From: Patescibacteria group bacterium
GTDB taxonomy: Bacteria; Patescibacteriota; Patescibacteriia; 2-01-FULL-39-33
Assembly (NCBI GenBank): GCA_041671305.1
Contig: JBAZBX010000004.1
Location: 1 to 50,401 of the forward strand
Direction of reading: 5' to 3'
DNA length: 50,401 nt
The notes beneath the pieces were generated by a model. That model saw only the letters and a list, made by a program, of their open reading frames with translations, had not been told where the DNA came from and made no database searches. The position numbers and the translations under genes are program-made. Shown here in pieces: positions 28,206 to 36,765 of this stretch (within the stretch, counting starts at the first letter, position 1; each line of letters starts with the position of its first letter).

Positions 28206-28278
28206 GCCGTTGTAGCTCAGTCGGTAGAGCGCATCCATGGTAAGGATGAGGTCTCCAGTTCGATCCTGGACAACGGCT
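28206..28278 (+). tRNA. tRNA-Thr (anticodon GGU)
   Basis: Cloverleaf folded by hand: acceptor GCCGTTG/CAACGGC, D-arm AGCTCAGTCGGTAGAGC, anticodon stem CATCC/GGATG with loop ATGGTAA, T-arm with GTTCGATCC. No encoded CCA. Confidence 0.92.
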
Positions 28279-28356
28279 TTTGAGACAATTAAGAATTATC
28301 AATTAAGAATTAAGTTAAATCATTTTAATTCTTAGTTGTGAATTGTTAATTCATTT

Positions 28357-28438
28357 GGGTCGGTACCAAAGTGGTCAACTGGGTCTGACTGTAAATCAGA
28401 TGGCTACGCCTTCGTTGGTTCGAGTCCAACCCGGCCCA
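28357..28438 (+). tRNA. tRNA-Tyr (anticodon GUA), long variable arm
   Basis: Acceptor GGGTCGG/CCGGCCC, anticodon stem TCTGA/TCAGA with loop CTGTAAA, long variable arm, T-arm GGTTCGAGTCC. Confidence 0.9.
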
Positions 28439-28449
28439 AAAATCCTAAA

Positions 28450-28471
28450 CCTCGCTTTTGGCGGGGTTTTT
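28450..28471 (+). terminator. Terminator-like hairpin after tRNA-Tyr
   Basis: CCTCGC / GCGGGG stem (one G:U pair), then TTTTT. Confidence 0.6.
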
Positions 28472-28510
28472 GTATTGGTTTTTGACCAATAATTTTTGCA
28501 CTTAATGGGG

Positions 28511-28539
28511 TTGCAATTTTGGGGTATTTGTGTTAAGAT
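28511..28539 (+). promoter_or_regulatory. Sigma-70-like promoter for tRNA-Thr(UGU)-rpmG-tRNA-Trp
   Basis: TTGCAA (28511-28516), 17-nt spacer ending TGT, TAAGAT (28534-28539). Confidence 0.5.
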
Positions 28540-28573
28540 AAAAGCGCATATTTAAGGCGTTTTTTAAATATAT

Positions 28574-28646
28574 GCCGATTTAGCTCAGTTGGTAGAGCAA
28601 CTGTCTTGTAAACAGTAGGTCGTCAGTTCGAATCTGACAATCGGCT
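28574..28646 (+). tRNA. tRNA-Thr (anticodon UGU)
   Basis: Acceptor GCCGATT/AATCGGC, D-arm AGCTCAGTTGGTAGAGC, anticodon stem ACTGT/ACAGT with loop CTTGTAA, T-arm GTTCGAATC. Confidence 0.92.
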
Positions 28647-28674
28647 TAGGTCATAAATAAATTATCAAAATAGT

Positions 28675-28830
28675 ATGTCACAAGACAACATGATCAAATT
28701 TGAGTGCACCGAATGTAAAAAGGTGAATTATTTTTCCAGAAAAAACAAAAAACTTTTGAAGGAAAGACTAGAGCTCAACAAATATTGTAAGCATTGCAAA
28801 AAACATACGGCTCACAAGGAAACCAAGTAA
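28675..28830 (+). CDS. rpmG: 50S ribosomal protein L33 (zinc-ribbon form)
   Basis: 51 aa, [51 protein letters not shown], with CxxC...CxxC. Below the ORF-track length cutoff, so translated by hand. Confidence 0.9.
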   Translation: MSQDNMIKFECTECKKVNYFSRKNKKLLKERLELNKYCKHCKKHTAHKETK

Positions 28831-28860
28831 GATTTTGGCGTTATTTTATTAACGCCGATT

Positions 28861-28931
28861 GCGGGATTAGTATAACAGTAGTACAACGGTCTCCAAAACC
28901 GTTAGCGGAGGGGCGGCACCTCCATCCCGTG
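28861..28931 (+). tRNA. tRNA-Trp (anticodon CCA) with non-canonical T- and D-loops
   Basis: Hand fold: acceptor GCGGGAT/ATCCCGT (G1:U72), D-stem GTAT/GTAC with loop AACAGTA, anticodon stem ACGGT/ACCGT with loop CTCCAAA, T-stem GGAGG/CCTCC with loop GGCGGCA instead of TTCRANN. Confidence 0.65.
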
Positions 28932-28934
28932 CGT

Positions 28935-28973
28935 AAAATCAAAAACCAGGCATTTGGCCTGGTTTTTGATTTT
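28935..28973. terminator. Bidirectional terminator after tRNA-Trp
   Basis: Perfect 17-bp inverted repeat AAAATCAAAAACCAGGC / GCCTGGTTTTTGATTTT with a 5-nt loop. Confidence 0.8.
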
Positions 28974-29022
28974 GAAAGAAAATATGTTTCCTAGACGTAT
29001 TAATTAATGATACTATTATAAC

Positions 29023-29601
29023 ATGATAACAAAAGAAAAGTGCTCAAAATTATCAGATGAAGAATTGGTAGCTAAGACATTAACAGACCAAAATTATTAT
29101 TATTGTTTAGTTGAGCGCTATGAAATATCGTTGAAGCGTTATATCCGTCGGATATCCGATATTCCAGAAATGGAGGCCGAAGACGTATTGCAAGATGTGT
29201 TTTTAAGCGCCTATTTGAATTTAAATGATTTTGATCGTAGTTTGAAATTTTCAAGTTGGCTATATCGCATTGCCCACAATGAGACCATCAGTAATTTTCG
29301 TAAACGTCGGGCTAGACATTTAGATCAGCAAATATCCCTTGATGAGTCGTTTGATCTTATTGGTAGTCCGTCTATTGAGTCAGAATTAGATATCAAAATT
29401 TCAGGTGAGCAGATGCATAAAGTTTTTCAGCAAATGAAAGAAAAATATAGAGAAGTTTTGGTTTTAAAGTTTTTTGAAGAAAAAAGTTATGAAGAAATTT
29501 CCGATATTCTTCAGAAGCCAATGGGTACAATTGCTACATTGGTTAGCCGAGCCAAAAAACAGTTTAAGGATATTATAAGTGTTAAGAATATAAAGTTTTA
29601 A
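29023..29601 (+). CDS. ECF-type RNA polymerase sigma factor
   Basis: Region 2 (DVLQDVFLSAYLNLNDFD...FSSWLYRIAHNETISNFRKR) and region 4 HTH (SYEEISDILQKPMGTIATLVSRAKKQF). Confidence 0.9.
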   Translation: MITKEKCSKLSDEELVAKTLTDQNYYYCLVERYEISLKRYIRRISDIPEMEAEDVLQDVFLSAYLNLNDFDRSLKFSSWLYRIAHNETISNFRKRRARHLDQQISLDESFDLIGSPSIESELDIKISGEQMHKVFQQMKEKYREVLVLKFFEEKSYEEISDILQKPMGTIATLVSRAKKQFKDIISVKNIKF

Positions 29602-29605
29602 ATAT

Positions 29606-30358
29606 ATGACAAAGTTAAGCGAAAAAATAGTTAAAGAAATTAAAGACAAAACATTGAAGCCCACGCCTTTGTGGAAATTTAGAATCAAGGAGTCGGGGCG
29701 TTGGTTGAGTGTGATTGCTTTGGTGATTTTTGTCGGATTTATTGCTTCAATGATATGGCTTTTTACTTCGGGAATTGATATCGGCTTGAGCGCTTGGTTG
29801 TCAGGACGGCCATTTTTTTCTGGACGCGCTTTGGCTTTATTATTGGTCATTTTAATTTTTGGTGCCGTGGCAATACTCTTGGACATTCGTAAGACAAAGC
29901 ATGGTTATAAATATAAATCAATTATTATTTTAATTTTAATCGTTGTCATTGGCTTATTCCTGGCTAGTGTTTTTGCATGGTCTGGTTTGCCAGGAAGATT
30001 GGATAAATCTTTGAGTGGAGCGCCATTGTATCAGACTAGTGAGCAATACATGATTTCTGTTTGGCAACAACCATCAGAAGGGAGATTGATCGGTGAAATT
30101 GTATCCGTAGGTAATGGAGGCGACTTTACCTTACGTGATTTCAATAATCAAGAATGGCAGATTATCGCATCTCAAGCGGTTTGGCGTCACAATTTAGAAG
30201 CCCAAGTTGGTCTCAAAATAAAAGTATCGGGAACATTGGGTAATGGAAATATTTTTGAGGCAACTGATATTAGGCCATATTCACCATCTGGTGGCTCTTG
30301 TGGGCAAATTCAGTCAAATTCTATCAATAAGCAAAAAGGTTGCCGAATGGGGAATTAA
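29606..30358 (+). CDS. Multi-pass membrane protein, possible anti-sigma partner
   Basis: Starts 5 nt after the sigma gene stop. About 4 TM helices plus a C-terminal extracytoplasmic domain. No recognisable anti-sigma zinc motif, so the role is inferred from position only. Confidence 0.55.
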   Translation: MTKLSEKIVKEIKDKTLKPTPLWKFRIKESGRWLSVIALVIFVGFIASMIWLFTSGIDIGLSAWLSGRPFFSGRALALLLVILIFGAVAILLDIRKTKHGYKYKSIIILILIVVIGLFLASVFAWSGLPGRLDKSLSGAPLYQTSEQYMISVWQQPSEGRLIGEIVSVGNGGDFTLRDFNNQEWQIIASQAVWRHNLEAQVGLKIKVSGTLGNGNIFEATDIRPYSPSGGSCGQIQSNSINKQKGCRMGN

Positions 30359-30432
30359 AATGAAAGAAAATTTACAATAGGCGCGTATTATTAGGTGAAG
30401 GGGAAATTAACCCCATAAACATACATAATAAT

Positions 30433-30804
30433 ATGAACAAAAAGATTATTATTGGCAGTTTAGTAATTGCGGCGGCACTTTTGGGAACTACCTCAATTGC
30501 GTTAGCAGCACAGGGTAATTATCAAAATTGGCGCTCAACCATGGGTAATCGAGCTTCAAGTGTGACAGAAGCTAATTTCGGTCAATATGAACAGATGCAT
30601 CAGATGATGGCAACAGGAGATTATGCTGGTGCAGAAAAAATTCGCACTGAGCTTGGATTGGGAAGAGGAAATGGAAATGAAGGAAGAGGACAGGGAATGC
30701 ACCAAGGCACAGGAATAGGTCGGCAGGCAGGCTCCAATGCCAATGGTAATTTCATAGACGAAAATAAAAATGGTATCTGTGATCACAGTGAAAATTTAAA
30801 ATAA
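30433..30804 (+). CDS. Small secreted Gly/Asn/Gln-rich protein
   Basis: Signal-peptide-like N-terminus (KKIIIGSLVIAAALLGTTSIALAAQG) and a low-complexity GRGNGNEGRGQGMHQGTG segment. Ends in DENKNGICDHSE. Confidence 0.6.
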   Translation: MNKKIIIGSLVIAAALLGTTSIALAAQGNYQNWRSTMGNRASSVTEANFGQYEQMHQMMATGDYAGAEKIRTELGLGRGNGNEGRGQGMHQGTGIGRQAGSNANGNFIDENKNGICDHSENLK

Positions 30805-30821
30805 AGTTTAACAAACCTTTC

Positions 30822-30856
30822 AAAAGACGCTTTGACTTAAAGCGTCTTTTGTTTTT
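30822..30856. terminator. Bidirectional terminator after the ECF module
   Basis: AAAAGACGCTTT / AAAGCGTCTTTT 12-bp stem with a 5-nt loop, followed by GTTTTT. Confidence 0.8.
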
Positions 30857-30870
30857 ATGTTTAGAAATGA

Positions 30871-31050
30871 TGCGAGAATCGAACGGGGTTGGAAGCGAGG
30901 CTAGCTTTTGGAGGAATCTGTCTGCCGTTAGGCAGGGCCGAAAAGCGACGATGAGCGTCGATAACAACCCTAGGAAGCATTTGGCGCCAACCCAGGACAA
31001 GTGAATCCGTCGCATTCTGGCGACGGATGAGAGCGGAATTCCCTCATCCC
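30871..31050 (+). other. GC-rich multi-stem element of unknown class upstream of yhhQ (candidate structured RNA)
   Basis: Hand-folded helices: GGGTTGG (30886-92)/CCAACCC (30987-93); GCTTTTGGAGG (30904-14)/CCCTAGGAAGC (30968-78); hairpins at 30922-35, 30946-60 and 31005-28; an alternative hairpin 31025-31/31043-49. Strand not established. Confidence 0.4.
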
Positions 31051-31054
31051 AATC

Positions 31055-31083
31055 TTGATAAAAATAGTTTTTTGTTCTAATAT
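31055..31083 (+). promoter_or_regulatory. Sigma-70-like promoter upstream of yhhQ
   Basis: TTGATA (31055-60), 17-nt spacer, TAATAT (31078-83). Confidence 0.45.
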
Positions 31084-31106
31084 AAATTAATGATTAACAA
31101 TCTGAT

Positions 31107-31772
31107 ATGTCCAAATCCTACAAATATTTCACTGCTATAGCCGTTTTCTTCGTGGCAGTCCTCCTTATCTCCAACATCGCCTCCACCAAAATAGTTGATC
31201 TCAAGTGGTTCACTTTTGATGGCGGAACTTTGCTTTTCCCGCTTAGCTATATTTTCGGAGATATTCTGACCGAAGTTTATGGCTACAAAAAATCCAAGCA
31301 AGTAATCTGGTTGGGATTTTTCTCCGCTTTGGTTATGTCTTTGGTTTTAATTATTGTCGGTGCTCTACCTTCCGCTCCAGATTGGGGCAACCAAGATGCC
31401 TACAACAAGATATTGGGATTGGCGCCAAGAATTGTAATTGCTAGTTTGGTCGCATATTTTTGTGGAGAATTTTTGAATTCTTTCATTATGGCCAAGATGA
31501 AAATCATGACCAAAGGAAAATGGCTTTGGACCAGGACGATCGGCTCCACCGTAGTCGGAGAATTGGCCGACAGCGTGATTTTTATCCTCATTGCTTTCGT
31601 GGGTATTTTGCCTAATTCTCTGATAATCACTTTGATTGTCTCTAATTATATTTTCAAAACTCTGGTGGAAATTTTGTTTACGCCAATTACCTACAAAGTT
31701 ATTAAATTTTTGAAGAAAACGGAGCAAGAAGACGTTTACGATTACAAGACGAATTTCAATCCGTTTGTTTGA
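31107..31772 (+). CDS. yhhQ: Queuosine-precursor transporter (YhhQ/DUF165 family)
   Basis: VLLISNIASTKIV...FDGGTLLFPLSYIFGDILTEVYGYKKSKQVIWLGF is the hallmark YhhQ N-terminal region. About 6 TM helices. Confidence 0.9.
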   Translation: MSKSYKYFTAIAVFFVAVLLISNIASTKIVDLKWFTFDGGTLLFPLSYIFGDILTEVYGYKKSKQVIWLGFFSALVMSLVLIIVGALPSAPDWGNQDAYNKILGLAPRIVIASLVAYFCGEFLNSFIMAKMKIMTKGKWLWTRTIGSTVVGELADSVIFILIAFVGILPNSLIITLIVSNYIFKTLVEILFTPITYKVIKFLKKTEQEDVYDYKTNFNPFV

Positions 31773-31821
31773 CTTTTTTCTAATTTTCTGCTAATGTTCG
31801 CTTTAATTAGCCAACAAATTT

Positions 31822-32769
31822 ATGGAAAATAAGGAAATTTTTTTATCAGTCATAATCCCGGTTTACAACGAAGAGGGGAATATCAATAAGCTGGATCAGG
31901 AAATCAAATCCTCTATCTTAAATATTACTCCGGATTTTGAAATTATCTACGTCAATGATGGTAGTAGCGATGGTACTCTGCAAGAGCTCAAGGAATTAAG
32001 CGATATCACTATTATCAATCTGAACCGTAATTACGGTCAAGCAACAGCCCTAGATGTAGGCTTTAGATCTTGCAACGGAAAATACATAGTATCTTTGGAT
32101 GGAGATGGTCAGAATGATCCCAAGGATATTTCTCTTTTGTTTGATAAATTAATTACAGAAGGCTGGGATGTAGTGACTGGTTGGAGGAAAAAAAGAAAGG
32201 ACAGTAGTGGCATAAATATTTTGACTCGCGTGGGTAGGTTGTTGAGGCGACTACTTATCGGTGATATTGTTCATGATACAGGTTGTACGCTTAGAATATA
32301 TACCAAGGAAGCCGCGAAATGCTTGGATATCGGCGGTGAGATGCATCGCTATATTCTGGCCATCTTGAAGTGGAAGGGTTTCAAAATTAGCGAAGTGGTG
32401 GTTAATCATAGGCCTCGCACTGTCGGAAAAAGCAAATATAATTATACCAAGGCGGTCAGAGGTTTTATTGATTTGGTTTATATTTGGTTTATTCAAAAAT
32501 ATTCTCAAAGGCCATTGCATCTGTTCGGCTATGCGAGCTTCTTTCTATTTTTTGCCGGATTATTGTCAGCCATGGTTTCAGTCTACCAAAAAATATTTTT
32601 TGGTTTAAGTATAAACCGCAGCGGATATTTCCTGATAGGCGCTTTTATGCTTTTAACCTCAATAATTTTATTTAGCTTTGGTATTGTGATTGATTTATTA
32701 ATCAATATTAAGTTTCATTCCTCTACGACCGAAAAGAGATATTATGTGAGAGGAATAATTAAAAAGTAA
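31822..32769 (+). CDS. GT2 polyprenyl-phosphate glycosyltransferase (GtrB/ArnC/DPM1-like) with C-terminal TM helices
   Basis: LSVIIPVYNEEGNI, VNDGSSDGT, NRNYGQATAL and SLDGDGQNDP motifs plus two C-terminal TM helices. Confidence 0.88.
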   Translation: MENKEIFLSVIIPVYNEEGNINKLDQEIKSSILNITPDFEIIYVNDGSSDGTLQELKELSDITIINLNRNYGQATALDVGFRSCNGKYIVSLDGDGQNDPKDISLLFDKLITEGWDVVTGWRKKRKDSSGINILTRVGRLLRRLLIGDIVHDTGCTLRIYTKEAAKCLDIGGEMHRYILAILKWKGFKISEVVVNHRPRTVGKSKYNYTKAVRGFIDLVYIWFIQKYSQRPLHLFGYASFFLFFAGLLSAMVSVYQKIFFGLSINRSGYFLIGAFMLLTSIILFSFGIVIDLLINIKFHSSTTEKRYYVRGIIKK

Positions 32770-33887
32770 TGAAAAAAATCCTAGTCCTAAATTACGAATT
32801 CCCGCCGCTCGGCGGGGGAGCCGGCAATGCCACTTATTACTTACTCAAAGAATTTGCCAAGGACAAAGATCTGCAAATAGACCTAATCACTTCTTCGCTT
32901 GATAAATACAAGGAAGAAGTCTTTGCCGATAACATTAAAATCTACTATCTGGATATCGGCAAGCAAGGCAACATCCATTATCAAAGCAATAAGGACTTGA
33001 TCAAATACGCCTTCAAAGCACATAAGCTGGCCAAACGATTGAATCAGCAAAACAGCTATGATTTAGTCCATGCCTTTTTCGGGATTCCCTGCGGTTTTGT
33101 CGCCATGTTGCTGAAACGTCCCTACATCGTCAGCTTGCGCGGTTCTGATGTGCCGTTCTATAACAAGCGTTTCTACTGGCTTGATAAATTCATTTTCCAG
33201 CATTTGAGCAAGGTCATTTGGAAAAAAGCCAAGGCGGTCGTAGCCAATTCGCAAGGACTCAAAGACCTGGCCCAAAAAACAGTTCCAAACCAAGAAGTCG
33301 CCGTCATCTATAACGGCATTGACATGGATGAGTTCAGACCCGTCGCGGACAAATCCGGCGAATTCACTATCATCTCTACTTCAAGATTGATAAGAAGAAA
33401 GGGGATTGAACATCTGATATCTGCTTTTATTGATTTTGAGAAAATATATCACGATGCCAAGCTAATCATTGTCGGCGACGGGGATCTAAAAGATGAGCTC
33501 TCAAGCATAGTAAATTCAGCCGGAGTTGACGGCAAAGTGGATTTTCACGGCTCAGTCAGCCATGACAAATTACCCGAATTATACCGAAGCGCTGATGTTT
33601 TTGTCCTGCCGTCGCTAAATGAAGGAATGAGCAATTCCTTGCTGGAAGCCATGGCTTCGGGACTGGCCATTATCGCCACTGATACCGGCGGCACCGGAGA
33701 ACTAGTCGATGATCAGAATGGAATAATTGTCGCGCAAAACAGCGCAGCAGAAATTTACGACGCATTAGAAACGATATATAATGATAAAGATTTACTAAAT
33801 CAGATGAAAATATCCAGCAGGGAAAAAGTAGCTGTTTTTTCTTGGGCGAAAGTGGGGGAGAGGTATAAATCAATTTACAATAATTAA
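32769..33887 (+). CDS. GT4-family (GT-B fold) glycosyltransferase
   Basis: FPPLGGGAGNATYYL N-terminus. C-terminal EGMSNSLLEAMASGLAIIATDTGGTGELV (E-x7-E region). Confidence 0.88.
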   Translation: MKKILVLNYEFPPLGGGAGNATYYLLKEFAKDKDLQIDLITSSLDKYKEEVFADNIKIYYLDIGKQGNIHYQSNKDLIKYAFKAHKLAKRLNQQNSYDLVHAFFGIPCGFVAMLLKRPYIVSLRGSDVPFYNKRFYWLDKFIFQHLSKVIWKKAKAVVANSQGLKDLAQKTVPNQEVAVIYNGIDMDEFRPVADKSGEFTIISTSRLIRRKGIEHLISAFIDFEKIYHDAKLIIVGDGDLKDELSSIVNSAGVDGKVDFHGSVSHDKLPELYRSADVFVLPSLNEGMSNSLLEAMASGLAIIATDTGGTGELVDDQNGIIVAQNSAAEIYDALETIYNDKDLLNQMKISSREKVAVFSWAKVGERYKSIYNN

Positions 33888-33897
33888 TATAAAACAT

Positions 33898-35214
33898 ATG
33901 AGAATCAATTGGAGAAAACCGGTTATCTACTTGATATTATACTTATCGGGAAGTAAAATTCCCGAAATTATTAAAGAAATAAAGAGAGTGGCGAATTTTT
34001 CAATTGAAGATAAAGAACGTTATCAAAAAGAAAAGTTAAAAAAAATTTTATTACACGCATATAATAATGTTCCATATTATCGTGACGTTTTTATAAAAGA
34101 AGGAATTATTGAAAATAATCAAATTAATCTAAATAATTTTAATAGAATACCGTTATTAACAAAAAAGATAATTAGAGAACAAGGCAGTAATTTATATTCT
34201 CATGATTATAAATCAAGAAAGTATTATGAAAATACATCAGGTGGATCGACTGGCGAGCCTATAAAGTTAATACAAGATAGAGTTTATGAAGAATGGAATA
34301 ACGCAACAAAAATATATTTTAACGAATTATTAGGGAAGCGTCTAGGTGAAAAAGAAATTAAACTTTGGGGATCAGACAGAGATATAATTAAAGGAAATTT
34401 AACACTTAAAGATAGGGCTATTAATTTTCTTTATAACAGACAGTTTTTCAATTCATATAATTTTTCAAAGTCGGATATTAGAAATTTGATTCAGTTGAAT
34501 AATAGATTTCAACCCGTTAGTTATTGGGCATATATTGATTCCTTGCTAGAATGCAGTAAATATATAGTAAAAAATAATAGCTATATTGTACCCCCAGAAA
34601 TAATCGTGTCCACTATTGGCCCATTGGACAATGAAAGTAAAAACCTTATAGAATCTGCCTTTAAGACAAAAGTGCATAATCAATATGGATCCAGGGAAGC
34701 AGGTGTCTTGGCTTGCCAGGACAGTGGTCAAAATGAATTGAATGTCTTTTTTTGGAAGGATCTGTTAGAAATATCTGCTGACGGCAAATTATTAATTACT
34801 TCATTAAATAATTATTCGATGCCTCTGATCAGATATGAAATTGGAGATGTCGCCTTACCAGGCAATAAATATTACGGATTATGCGACTCCACAATATTTT
34901 TTAGTATTGAAAATGTTATTGGACGGACTCTTGGCTATTTTAAATCGGAAAATGGTGAACTTAAACATTCTCATTTTATTGTACAGCAGTTATTTTTTAG
35001 AGATTGGATTACTAAATTTCAAATAGTTCAGCACAGTATAGATCTAATAGAAATGAAGATAGTGGGCAGTAAAAATGAAAAAGAAATGAGTGAGGTGGAA
35101 AAATTAGTTAAAAACTTCCTGGGTGATAGTATAACAATAGACTGGAATTTTGTGGACGCTATTGAACCGACACCCAGCGGGAAATATATCTATACTGTTT
35201 GTGAAATTAATTAG
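33898..35214 (+). CDS. CapK/PaaK/F390-synthetase-like adenylate-forming enzyme
   Basis: TSGGSTGEPIK AMP-binding motif and overall CapK-like layout. Very AT-rich gene. Confidence 0.75.
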   Translation: MRINWRKPVIYLILYLSGSKIPEIIKEIKRVANFSIEDKERYQKEKLKKILLHAYNNVPYYRDVFIKEGIIENNQINLNNFNRIPLLTKKIIREQGSNLYSHDYKSRKYYENTSGGSTGEPIKLIQDRVYEEWNNATKIYFNELLGKRLGEKEIKLWGSDRDIIKGNLTLKDRAINFLYNRQFFNSYNFSKSDIRNLIQLNNRFQPVSYWAYIDSLLECSKYIVKNNSYIVPPEIIVSTIGPLDNESKNLIESAFKTKVHNQYGSREAGVLACQDSGQNELNVFFWKDLLEISADGKLLITSLNNYSMPLIRYEIGDVALPGNKYYGLCDSTIFFSIENVIGRTLGYFKSENGELKHSHFIVQQLFFRDWITKFQIVQHSIDLIEMKIVGSKNEKEMSEVEKLVKNFLGDSITIDWNFVDAIEPTPSGKYIYTVCEIN

Positions 35215-35218
35215 AGTC

Positions 35219-35812
35219 ATGCAAAAAAATAAAAATCAAAAACTACTTAGATTCGGCACAAGCTTGCTCATCCCGAAATTTGTCAAAAATGCCTATTTAA
35301 TGGTTAGGTTCGGCTGTACCATACATCCCCGAGCCAATATTAACTTCTTAAAAAATTTGACCATCGGAAAGGGAAGTGTGATTGGGAAGTGCGACATCTA
35401 TGCGCAGGGACCATTAATGATCGGCAAAAATTGCCTAATCAATGATTATGTGATTTTAAATTCGAAAACAGGATACATGAAAATAGGCGACAATTCTGCT
35501 ATAAATAATTTTTCAATAATTTATGGCAATGGCGGCATTGAAATCGGTGACCATTGCGCTATCGCCCATTCTGTAAAAATCATTAAGAATCACCAGATAC
35601 CCGAGCAGTTAAACATTCCCTATAGTGCAACCTCTGATAAATTTACAAAAATAGGAAACTACGTCTGGTTGGGGGCTAACACAACCATTGTCGATGGTAT
35701 TGTTATCGGCGATAATTGCGTCATTGGCGCCAATTCTTTTGTCAATAAAAATCTGCTGGAAAACGGGATTTACGCAGGAAGCCCAGCTAAGCTAATCCGC
35801 CAAAGACAATGA
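35219..35812 (+). CDS. Hexapeptide-repeat (LbH) acetyltransferase
   Basis: Repeated [LIV]G-x4 hexapeptides (IGKGSVIGKCDI..., IGDHCAIAHSV..., IGDNCVIGANSFV). ATG at 35219; the tracked 35150 start is a GTG inside the previous gene. Confidence 0.85.
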   Translation: MQKNKNQKLLRFGTSLLIPKFVKNAYLMVRFGCTIHPRANINFLKNLTIGKGSVIGKCDIYAQGPLMIGKNCLINDYVILNSKTGYMKIGDNSAINNFSIIYGNGGIEIGDHCAIAHSVKIIKNHQIPEQLNIPYSATSDKFTKIGNYVWLGANTTIVDGIVIGDNCVIGANSFVNKNLLENGIYAGSPAKLIRQRQ

Positions 35813-36765
35813 AAAAATACCTGAAAATACTTATAAAGATACTGATAAGTACGGCTGCAATTTGCTATATCTTATCAAAGTTCAATCTAAGTGAGATTTT
35901 TAATAATCTATCGCAAGCCGATTTTTGGCTATTTTTTTTAGTAATACTTTCGGGAATTATTAACAACTTCCTATGCACATGGCGCTGGTCCCTCATCAAT
36001 AAAAAAATATACGGCATTAGCATGCCGTACTTTAAAATGGTAAAACTGTATTTTATTGGAGTATTTTTCAATTTATTTCTACCTACCAGTATCGGCGGAG
36101 ATGCCGTAAAGGCGTATCATTCATACAAGGAAACGCAGAATAACAAAAAGGCGGTGAATTCCATAATTTTAGACAGGGTGACCGGCTTGCTAATACTGCT
36201 GTTTATCGGTTATTTTTCCTTAATAATAGCTGCCGTTTTGGGAATCAATATTGACTCCAAAATAATAAAATTTTTGGAGATATTCTTAATTGTATTATGT
36301 TCTGGCTTTATTCTTGCTCTGATTATTCGCTTTTCAAAAAAAGCCTTTTTTGAAAAAAACCGCTTCTTAAATTTTATTAAAAACATCGACGACGATTTCT
36401 TTATGCTTTTAAGCAAGCCAAGTCTACTTTTATCCACATCAGCAATATCCGTACTTTTCCAACTGTTATCCATAAGCAATTCGTACATACTCGCGCAGGC
36501 GATCGGACTTGACATTCCTTTTATATATTTCTTAATCTTCATTCCCATCATATCTATTTTAATCACTCTTCCGATTTCTTTTTTCGGTATTGGTGTAAGG
36601 GAGACACTTTACGTGCTATTATTTTCCACAATCGGCATTATGCCGGAGAAAATTATTGCGGTTTCATTCTTATCTTTTTTAGTACTTGTAATAATAGGCA
36701 TCGGCGGTGGCATTATATATGCTACGGATAAGCATGATAAGCCCATCACTTCCTTATCACTGTAA
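35809..36765 (+). CDS. Flippase-like membrane protein (UPF0104 / LPG-synthase-TM family)
   Basis: 8 or more TM helices and an N-terminal ...FLCTWRWSLI... motif typical of UPF0104. The start overlaps the previous stop (ATGA). Confidence 0.7.
   Translation: MKKYLKILIKILISTAAICYILSKFNLSEIFNNLSQADFWLFFLVILSGIINNFLCTWRWSLINKKIYGISMPYFKMVKLYFIGVFFNLFLPTSIGGDAVKAYHSYKETQNNKKAVNSIILDRVTGLLILLFIGYFSLIIAAVLGINIDSKIIKFLEIFLIVLCSGFILALIIRFSKKAFFEKNRFLNFIKNIDDDFFMLLSKPSLLLSTSAISVLFQLLSISNSYILAQAIGLDIPFIYFLIFIPIISILITLPISFFGIGVRETLYVLLFSTIGIMPEKIIAVSFLSFLVLVIIGIGGGIIYATDKHDKPITSLSL

Noticed and set aside
28794-28994. 66-aa ORF overlapping the rpmG 3' end, tRNA-Trp and the terminator.
   Set aside because: It is explained entirely by the tRNA and terminator sequences.
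28976-29022. ECF-type autoregulated promoter (TGAAAG...17 nt...CGTA) upstream of the sigma factor gene.
   Set aside because: It only partly resembles the GGAAC-N16/17-CGT consensus, which is too weak to call from one sequence.
30752-31015. 87-aa minus-strand ORF across the GC-rich element and the terminator at 30822-30856.
   Set aside because: It runs through a strong bidirectional terminator into the convergent gene end and has no SD or promoter. It is probably open only because the segment is GC-rich.
30871-31050. Whether the element upstream of yhhQ is a canonical preQ1-I riboswitch, SRP RNA, 6S RNA, tmRNA, RNase P RNA or a hammerhead ribozyme.
   Set aside because: I could not find the diagnostic motifs by eye. 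Missing are the preQ1-I P1 loop plus AAAAAACUA tail, the SRP GNRA-GGAAGCAGCC arrangement, a tmRNA acceptor/T-arm, RNase P GAGGAAAGUCC and ACAGAAnCCGGCUUA, and hammerhead CUGAUGA...GAAA in proper order. A covariance-model scan is still needed.
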